Below, one piece after another: positions 32,071 through 41,777 of a stretch of DNA of 41,777 nt (position 1 is the stretch's first letter; the number at the start of each line of letters is the position of its first letter). Both the position numbers and the translations under genes were made by a program. The stretch spans positions 1-41,777 of the forward strand of contig CBFFRP010000158.1 in the NCBI GenBank assembly GCA_965644295.1, written 5' to 3'. Source of the stretch: Paraphysomonas bandaiensis (lineage: Eukaryota > Protista > Chrysophyceae). The notes beneath the pieces are model-generated. The model searched no databases. It saw only the letters and a list, made by a program, of their open reading frames with translations, and was not told the origin of the DNA.

Positions 32071-35000
32071 TTATATAGAGGAAGTATTACTATCACGACG
32101 TACCGCTGATTTCCGGTTGCCATTTGCCGATCTATTTTTACTTCGTCGACTACCATGTCTTGATGATTGTCTGTCACCCATTGGTCCTCCTATATGGTTC
32201 AGCGCGAGAGCCGCATTGAATTCAACCTCAGTAGATGTTGCTTCTCTACTGACATCGCGAGCAGAATTTGTACTACCTCCTCCACCCCCACCCCCTGAGA
32301 GGCTGTCTCCGGCAAATCCCCACTCTGCTATGCTCCCGGCTTGCTCACCGTTCCCTCCTTCATCTTGTGTGTATGTCTATTTCAAAAATTAAAGTGCATA
32401 CAGTGCAATGACATGCTTCTCATTTATACCATATCTTGCATATCTGGTGGAACTTCCTTCGGTTGCTTGCTTTTCTTTTTATCTCTTCGCGCAGACTTCG
32501 GCATCGGTGGTTTCGAAGGAGCATGAGAAGGAACATTCAACGAGGGAACATGACCATACTGTTCACCTCTATGAGAGTTCGGTCGATGACTTTTTCTCTC
32601 CCGTGCGTCACCTACACACTCCACATCAGCCGATGTTCTTGATCCCGGTCGTCGCGAGTGCTTCGCTTCAGCTGCACTCATTTCGGATCGTGAAGAACGA
32701 GCAGACCCTCCCCTCGTATTTTCTCCATCACTATGGTTCCGCGCGGACTCAATTTCTGGAAGTCTAAATTCTGCAGCATCTCTTGTGCGCATGTAGGGAA
32801 CTATCCACTCATCTGTGTCATCATCATACTGACACTTATCCACAATCTACACATAGATTATATCAAAACTTTTTAATATACCAAGCACTCCAGTGGGTAC
32901 CTGTCTCAGTCGTTTTTCATCTAGAAGAGAAAGGCAGATTTGTCTAAACAGCTCTGCGTCTTTGTTTGCTTCTCTAATGTTTTCAAGCATAGCTTCTCTT
33001 TCCAGTTCAAATTCCTTATGGCCAATTAACCTTTGCTGCCTGTAACATATACTTGCCTACCTCGTGAAGGTCATCAATCTCACTCCTAGCAGCCTGTAGC
33101 TTCTTCTCAAATTTCTTCTTTATTTTCGATATTTTCTTTTCAACGCTGTCGTCTTGAGCTCCGATTGTCTGAGCATTGGTGTATTAGTTTACAATAGTCC
33201 GAACACAGTCATAGTGAACCTGCTGTAATTCCCGTTCATATTCATTACGGTCTTTCTCCTTCCGATCCTGTTCAGCCTTTCTCTTTGCCTCCTCCTTCTT
33301 CCTTGCTTTGGCTTTCCGTTCGTTGAGTCTGTTTTCAGCTTCTTGTTGTTCCCTGAGCTGCTTTTCATTCGGAGGAAGCACTAGCTCGATGGCTTCACCA
33401 CTTTCACCGGCTGAGACATCGATACTCAGTGCCCTACCCATTAACTAACGCATAGACAATCAAATGTCATTTGTTTATGTAATGTCCAAGCCACTGCCTA
33501 CCTTGCTTTGAAGCTGTTGCAACCGCATAGCCATTTCCTCTCTCTTTTTCCGCTCCATTTCGACTTCATTGTGCATTTCTTTCAGCTGCTCTCCGAAGTA
33601 GTCCCTCTCCTCTTCCACGGCCTGTGAATATTCCTCCAGACGCTACATTAACACCACAATCATAAGAACTAGAACCAAAAAGTGATCGATGGTACAGATG
33701 ACAACGTGTAGCTCAGCATGCTCCATGCTCTCACAGGAACAAAAGAGTCACCTTTTGTTTGTGCAATTGTTCCTCAGATACTTTTTCCACTTCTACTTTC
33801 ACCTCCACAATCTCTTTCTCAACTTTCACTCGCTCTTCTCGAGGACTACGTTTAGTTCCAGACCGTGGAGATGATCTATTTGAACGAGGTGAGGCCTTTG
33901 TGTTTCCTCCTACAACATAGCAGCAAAATGAAATCCGGATGCTAGACAGACATAGCAGCAATAACGAAATGTCATACAGCCAAAGCCCGCACACGTAAGA
34001 GCGGGGATATATCGACAGTACCTTGAGCCAGAGAAGCGAAGTCTACCTCAGGGAGTGTGTTGCTGGCTTGTGAAGAATCTCTTGCCATGGACGCAAAGTT
34101 AGCTGCATCTGCGGTGACTTCTGCCTTCTGCTGCTTGTGCTGGGCCTCTTGAGGCGAACCATCTTCCGCAGGAGGGGCAGCGGCTGGGGCAATTGCTGGG
34201 GCCTGTGTAGGGGCAGGTGCAACCCCTCCATTCTGCTGACTCAGCAGCTGTCGGAGTCTCTCAATCTCCTCTTTAAACTCACGTATCATAGCATCTTTGG
34301 GATCTTCATTAATCTTAGGCTTATTTTTAATACTTTTTGCACGATTTGCATATCTACAACAGACGCATTACAATAGAAGACAGAGTTTAGCGATAGGCGC
34401 CACCTGAGAGTGGACAATGTTTCGTCGTAGTTATAATCTGCAGGACTCATAGCTGCAACCATCAGAGTCTTGGTATTACCACCAAGAGAGTCTTGCAAAA
34501 GTCGGGTTAGCTTACTGTCACGATATGGGATATGCTTTCCTCCGCCATCTGACAGCGCAGATATCACATTCCCCAGGGCAGACAAAGAAAGATTAATTTT
34601 GCTTCCTTCTTTTAGGCGGTCTCCACTAGCTCCAGTCTTTTTTTGACGTTCCGATCCAGCCAAATCAACCAGATTCAGTTTCCCAGCACGTATATGATCT
34701 TTGCCCTGCTCATCACGGTTGTTCATCTCCACAACAATAGTGAAAATGGAGTGGGATCGCGATGACTCAGCATTCATGAGAGTGGACCCTACAGTACGGT
34801 TCGCAAGACCTTTATTCAGCATTGTATCCATATCCTCTTCTGTCTCAACTACAACATCACATAGATTGGACACAACAATTCCTTTTTGGGGATCTTCTTT
34901 GAGGTCACACTTCAAAGGATTCTTCTGGTCCCCAAGTAAATCCCTTCACACAATTTAAAGAAACTCATAAATCATATAAGTAGATACCTAATAACTTCAT

Positions 35001-35476
35001 TGTAGATTTCTAGATAAGAACACCTTACGAGGTATTCGACATCTTTAGATGCTTTAACATGATCAAAAATATGAGAAAAAGAATTGGGGATTACTCCTCT
35101 CATCTCAGGCGGATCATTTGGCCCTTGCATAGTAAACGTTTTACCTGCCACGAATTAAAAAGTATTACATAACTATGAAATGAATTGTACCGCATCCAGT
35201 TTGCCCATAGGCAAATATCGTGCCATTGAATCCCTCTAAAACACTTTCAATCAATCCAAAACACGATTCTTCGTAGAATGCACGCTGCTGAGTACTTCCA
35301 TCATACACTGAATCAAAAGTGAACACTTTGGGAGGAGCATCAACATTGTCAGGATTTTTAATGGCTACTTGATTCAATTCCATATCCATATCAACAATTC
35401 CCTTGCGACCTTCATTCTTTTCTTTCGTGTTGAAAGGACGCATCCTGACAACGACTTGAATGCACTCATTGCTCAT
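32071..35476 (-). CDS. Kinesin-2 family motor (KIF3/KIF17/OSM-3-like), multi-exon
   Basis: AYGQTG P-loop, [36 protein letters not shown], neck [20 protein letters not shown], coiled-coil stalk; last exon ends ...RDSNTSSI* at 32071. Confidence 0.93.
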
Positions 35477-36198
35477 TGTGCTGTTGAATGGAAGCGGAAT
35501 CTCTTACAGCAATACACTCAAGTTTAAAACATTAGTCAGATAATACACGTACTATTCAATATATTACACTATTTAAAGTGATTTATAAGCATATCGTTGC
35601 ATTCTATGGGATGAGTTGTTACATACTCGGAGAGTGCTGACTGCACTGCACTGCTCTGCTCTGCACTGTACTGTACTTGCCGCACTTGTCAGTTATATAG
35701 ATATATACAGTCTCTATACAGTTGTATTATAGCACTTGTATTGTTGAACGGTTGAGTTGAATAAAACCTTAAATTTTAGGAAAAATAGAAAAATGTTGGA
35801 TTATTTTATGAGAATACTTAAACATCCATATTTTTATAAGATGTAGATCTATTTTACCGGCTTTTTTGAAAATACTTCCATCTAGATAATGTATTCTAAG
35901 GTATTCCATCTGTATTTGCATTGTATTCCTTGAGAAGGAAGTGTTCTGAAGTCAACACTACTGCTGCTGTATGGCACGTGTAGATTATATATGACACTGT
36001 ACAGCTGTACCCTCTACACATATATACATACATATACATAGAGGGACATCTCCTCATACATACATATATACACATATCCTCCCCCACTTATCATCACACT
36101 CATTTAACACTCTATCCTATCTCCTCATATGCTTCTCTATTCTCTTATCATAGTCCCTGTATGCCTTCTTCCCCAGTAGAGTGTATCTAGTAGGATCT

Positions 36199-39100
36199 AT
36201 GCAGTGGAGAGTCCTCTATCAGCTATGGGCCTTAACAATGCCTTTATTCATACATTGTATTACAGTAAACGATAATTCTAATATCGATGGAAGTATGCGG
36301 ATGGTTCCTGATAATGAAGAAGATGAAGAATCAGGTACTTCAGCTAAACGAGTGGTTAACTTTGCATCTATATCTGCTGGTGCGGTCGTATTAGAGGCAT
36401 CGCCTAAAGCCACAGGATATCATAATCTTCTCAATGATGATAAGGATAAGTATGGTATATCTCCTTGTGCAGAGAAGAAATGGGTTGTGATTGGTCTTTC
36501 TGAAGATGTACGTTTACTTTACATCTTTTCGTTTTTTCATTAATATTTTTGTTCTAGATTGTTATCGAAGATATTGTGCTGTCCAATTACGAAAAATACT
36601 CTTCTAGTTTAAGAGACTTCCAAGTTCTTGGCTCTACTTCATATCCTGTGTCCGAATGGATGGATTTGGGTACTTTCTCAGCTGCTCCAGACTTAGGTGA
36701 CCAGTCTTTTGAGATTACTACGCCATCTTGGGGGAGATACCTGAAGTTCAGGTTCTTGACTCATCATGGAGATGAGTTCTATTGTACTCTCAGTCAAATC
36801 AGGTGAGATGTACAGTAAATTTTATTGTTTCAGGGAATGGATGATGTACATACCAATGTAATGTAGAGTGATATCGATATACTAATATCCGTATATGTGT
36901 ATTCCACAGAGTACATGGGAGTACAGTAATTGAGAATCTGAAGAAAGAAGTAGAACGGTCAACGCTGGAAGCACTCGATTTGCATGTTATATTCGATGAC
37001 GATTCAGAGTACTCAGACAGTACAAGTGGATCTGGCGTAGATCTTGGGTCGGGTATACCCGCTAGTTCAAATAGTGATATAACAGTTACTATTGAAGGGC
37101 CTGTGAATATGAGTGATAGTATTCTTACTATTGATTCTAGTATTCATAGTGAGACACATAGTCAGGACACTGGTGAGACTGTAGAAACGAAAATGTGTGG
37201 TGACGACAGCGTTCAAAATGACGTACAGCTCAATGAATCATTGCATAGAAACTTCACAGAAATAGACTGTACGGCGCCGACTTCTGAGCCGTGTTCTGTT
37301 CTCAACACCACCAATAATAGCTCTTCGGTCGTAGGATCAACTAGTGTAACTGACGAAACTGAGCGGACATCTTCTCAAGACAGTGCAGCTGAGAGTACAT
37401 CATCTTCCTCTATTGATGAGACGCATGAAAATATAGTTGATGTGAAAGCAGAAGTCACTGGTAGTCCCGTGGTATTAGAATCTGCTGCACCTGAGACTGT
37501 AGTTGATGGTAGCTCAAGCGTCACTGAAAATCCTTCTGATGGTGCTAGTGATAACTCAAAAGGAAGCCATCTTGAAGCCTCTGACGACCCTAGTCACTCG
37601 CTAGATACTGATACCACTGTAGAATGTAATAAAGATGAATCATGCGCTGGCGTTTCTGGTTCTTATAATGATGGCTCGAGTGCTACACCTGAAACTAACG
37701 AAGTCACTCCACTACCTAGTAGTGATAGCCAACCCCCTAGCAACATCATTGATGTTGATACGAGCGGAAATGATACGATGAAAGAATCTCTTGTCGACCA
37801 CAGTAATGTCAGTGATAGTAAAGGTTATGGTGTTAATGTGCATCTAGTATCATTGTTTAAATTCGTTTTTATTTAGGTATTGGTTCCGACGATAATAATG
37901 GTGAGTCTGATAGATTACTGAATGGGGAAGAAAATATGAATGAGTTATCAAGTGTTCAGTCGCCTGTTAGTGGTGATGATTCTGGATCTGGCAATGAAAA
38001 AGGATGCACAGAACGGAGTGTCGACGACACCGCTCTACAAGCGGACGTACAATTGTGTACTTCTGTCGATGAGAAGCGCACGATTACTGATAGTGATAAA
38101 AATTTAACCACGGTACAGCTACTAGAAAATACGTCTGAGGTGAATATTTCTCATAATTTAGCTCAAAATTCGAACGACAGTACCTCGCGGATGCATGCGA
38201 TGCAGAATAGTTTGGATTCTGATGAGGTAGACAAGCTTGGCAATATCCCGTCCGTTGCACCGAATGAAGAGCCTTCAAAAATTACCCTACAACCTATTTT
38301 TCGAGCAGCAAAAAGCTTTTTGAAAGGTACTGGGGGGGCTGTTGATAGTGAGGTCTTCGAGTCGACGAATGGAGAGTTGCCGACTGAGCCAAAGGTTGCT
38401 AGTGAAGGTGCTGACGATGACACCGTAAACACAGATCAAGATGTACGCGACAGCGGTGTGAATTCAACATCTTCCCAAGAAGCCAGCTCCAATAATTCCG
38501 ATGCGCTTTTAAATTCAACTCCCAATCATACGATATCAATAGTGTCCGAGTCTTCTGATGGTGTTGCGAATTCCAGTACACGACAGAGTGAACGTCAAAA
38601 GATAGGAGATTTAGATGAATCTGAACACGAGAATAGGAAATCTGCTACGTCGAATTCGTCATTAAATGTAGAGCCGATCGATTCTGATGCTCCAAATCTC
38701 TTACAGACTGTTGACACGCATTGCCCTCCAACTGGCACTATTCCTGGCGATACGTCCAAGTATGATGATATCACTCCTCCGACTATAGCGACTTTGGTAG
38801 CGACAGAAGATGACAGTGGTAGCACTACCACACCTGCTAATATTTTGTCAAATAGCTCCATATTTAACAATTCAAAAGATTCTTTACAGAATTCTCTCTC
38901 GGGTTTTGACAGGACATTTGATGAAAATTTTACTGTGTTGTTGCCTAACACTACGGGCGAAACAATACCCATGAATAGTAGTGGACCACATTCACTTGTC
39001 TCTTCAGCGGAAGAAAATAGTACTAATAAAACCGTGTTACATAATACAACTTCATCTGGTAGCAATTCGAGTATGAACAATGCGACTGGAACATATTCGA

Positions 39101-39882
39101 AGCCCCGTAGTGCAGCGTCATGCTTTGATTCGCTCCGATTCCCAGAGTTCCAAGCGAAGATGAGGGCCAAGTTGGCTGCAGGTGGAGGCAACCAGCAAGG
39201 AAATAATGGAGTAGATGGATGGGGTGGTCCATCATCTCAAGATGTTTTCCGTGTGTTAATGCAGAAAATTACATCACTGGAACAGAATTATAAGATAATC
39301 GAGCTTTATACTATTCAGGTAATGTACTTGTAAGTGGATTATTGGAGAGTTATAGTCACGGTTATATATACGTAGATTAGCGAATGCTACCAGTTGCTTT
39401 ACAGAGAAGTGGAAGGCTCCTCATCGAGTGATTTCAAGCGGAATGAAGAAATCTCTAAACAATACGCGGCAGTGTTGAATACTCTCGCGTCACTTCCACT
39501 CGAATGGAGGACTGACCATTCTACTGAGAAAATAGAAGAAGCTCAGTCGAATGAATTACAGGAAAAGTCTATCAGCAGTCAACATCAGGAAAATATACTG
39601 TTAGAGGATAGTCCTATATCAAGTCCGACTTCTAGCCATTGTGAAGTGGAAGAAAAGGTAGTTCAGTCTTCCCGTTTGAATTATATTTTGTCAAACTGTG
39701 TAGTTGCACTACTGAAGAGTCTCTATGGGAGAGAAGTCAATATTACAGAAATATCAGATGACATGCTTTTGAAGGGTGTTGTTATCACCATCTCTATAGC
39801 TGGGCTGTCCGTTCTTTTGTCATTGCTGTGTTGTGCTATAGTCATCGCGGTCAGCTTCGCCCCGCGGAATTCTAAATACTAG
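36199..39882 (+). CDS. Mid-SUN domain protein (SUCO/Slp1-like), multi-exon
   Basis: Signal peptide; NFASISAGAVVL, LLNDDKDKYGISPC, SNYEKYSSS, RYLKFRFLTHHGDEFYCTLSQIRVHG; long S/T/D linker; DVFRVLMQKITSLEQN coiled coil; C-terminal TM helix. Confidence 0.9.
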
Positions 39883-40302
39883 GAAAGTTATTTATATCTC
39901 TTTATTTTAGGTTGTGATTATTGCCTGTAACGAATCCGTTATTGTAGAGGCTCTTGTTTCGTAGGTGTGTAAGAATATTTAAACGAGTTACATTCTTGCC
40001 TAGTTTTTTGTTCAGTGGATCTTCTGCTGCAGCTTATCATGCAGTCCAGGACTGAATGACTGGACATGGCCTCATTATCTAGTATCTAGGCATGGTATTT
40101 GGCCCTAGACACCACCTATAGCGGTCTCTGGTAGTGAATGATGCTAGACAAAATAATATGGCTTTGTAAAGTTCGTTGTGCGAGGTTCCAAACAGCAAGT
40201 GATACTTTGCATGTCCTCCAACTCATGTTCAGAAAAAACAAGGGGGAGGGACAAGGGCGGGCCTCTTTTCTACCCCCAACCCCTGCAAGGGGCTTCTTCT
40301 CT

Positions 40303-41777
40303 ACCAGTATACTCTCAACGTCTGACCCCATCGCTCCACCTACACTTCCCGCGGACTCAATCACGAACAACAATAGGACATCAAAGACGACCAGCACCAG
40401 AACAACCTCGTCCAGCAGCACCAAAAGTTAGCACGAACAAATCGACAGATTCTGCAGGCTTCAACCCCTGGAGCACTACCATCGCACAAGAAGATGCAGT
40501 TGAAACACGCCCAAACTGCGTTGACAAGTCGATGCCAGCCAACCCGGAAAGCCAAAAAGGTCGTAAATTACGATGAAAGTGACCAACCAACGAACCTTCA
40601 CAACTCACACCAATCCACGACCACACGAACGATCAGACCAACTCCAGCACTTGATACCACCAGCTGGGACAAGGACTGGTCAAGAAAGTTCTACATTGCG
40701 TACGCCGATAACACTGCCAAAGGACTATCCCTTTATGCGAAGAACACATTCCCAGCAGACGTCATCATGTCACTGAGTACAAAGGCAAACGCTATCCACT
40801 AACAAAGCTGAGTCAGTCTGCAAGGCGTTCTGATTACAAAGTTCAAGACAGTACTGGTACCTTCGCAATGAATGGCTTTGACCAAGTCCGACAATGTGTA
40901 ACATGCGAAAAGCTGGGTATATTAATGACCCCCTAGCCTGCAAACATGGCTAATGTCAAGTTTGTCACGAAAAATAAACGCCTCTATGTCCGTACAATAC
41001 GTCCCATTGCTAAGGATGAAGAACTTCTCATCAACTACGGGCATCATTACTGGCGTGATCAACGCTGGCCACTTGAGATATTAATCCAAGCCAGGGCTGC
41101 GTAACGACAGCGACATAGGCGGTGCCAATAAAGCAGTATGGGACGGACTCCTTGCAGACAAGAGTGGTACTCCTACAGAGACCTCCAGCAGCATCCCCAA
41201 GGCTCCCTCGGGAGCATAGCCATGGGACTCCGACTCTCCACACATGGAACACAAATGGCAATCCGGCATCTCACACGGGCAAAGTCCAGTGACGATCCTG
41301 ATCATCCGACTGCTTTTTGCGGCAACAATTGGACGTGCTCCTATTACAGGATGTCCATCCACCAGAAACTCAGGCCAACTTCTTCACACGTATCATAGAA
41401 GATGCAATCCAGGGATCAAGAATATGCCTCTTCCTCAGCAAGCGGCCAAAACTGACTTCAAGAGACCCACTGGTGGCGGGGTACAGTAGTCACAATCAGC
41501 GAACACTGGAAGCGCCGCCTCGCCTGCACAAAGGCTGACTTTGCTGGACTCGGTTTAGCGAGGCCGACCAGAGGTTCAAAACGTCGGTGGCGCACGCCCT
41601 AGTACTAATAAGCGTCTATCTACCCCCGAAGCCATCCACGCCAGGCTCTTGCACATTATGGAGCAAATTGACCAAGCTAGGGAGAGCGTCCCGTGGTATC
41701 TGTGCTGCTGACCCCTACAAGCTCCTCTGCAACATCCTTTACGAAGTGGAGTCACTAAAGCCAGAGCCAAGGACCAT
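40303..41777 (+). mobile_element. Non-LTR retrotransposon copy 2 (5'-truncated, frameshifted): linker, SET domain, APE endonuclease; runs off the window
   Basis: 40303-40853 is the near-identical rc of 1-547. SET C-terminal motifs AGYINDP (~40912-40932) and ANVKF...LYVRTIRPIAKDEELLINYGHHYW (~40949-41053). APE motifs LRLST-WNTNG (~41228), DVLLLQD (41332-41352), GG-VVTISEHW and LVLISVYLPP (~41599-41628). Several 1-2 bp frameshifts must be assumed. Confidence 0.8.

Overview
Intron-rich, AT-rich eukaryotic genomic DNA with short (~45-60 nt) GT-AG introns. It probably comes from a flagellated protist such as a stramenopile (inference from gene content and intron style). Host genes: a sulfotransferase-like P-loop protein, a BTB-like protein, a small 4-exon coiled-coil gene missed by the ORF track, a two-RRM protein, a trypsin-fold protease with a Cys nucleophile (GMCGGP), a patatin-like lipase, an MFS transporter, a secreted Cys-rich/beta-lactamase-fold protein, a kinesin-2 and a mid-SUN (SUCO/Slp1-like) protein. 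There is also a convergent inverted pair of tRNA-Phe genes. The most striking content is a non-LTR retrotransposon family. A stop-free minus-strand ORF of at least 1129 codons (3388 to the left edge, absent from the ORF track) encodes an OTU-like cysteine protease/deubiquitinase followed by a SET domain. A near-identical inverted copy at the right edge shows that SET is followed by an APE (EEP) endonuclease. A 5'-truncated LINE (RT end, RNase H, CCHC zinc finger; 11-bp TSD) lies at 24416-26981, and a SINE-like family shares its structured 3' tail. Also present: two hAT-like non-autonomous elements, a Tc1/mariner-like MITE, a perfect 160-bp inverted repeat, a 1.07-kb (TACA)n array and a local segmental duplication.
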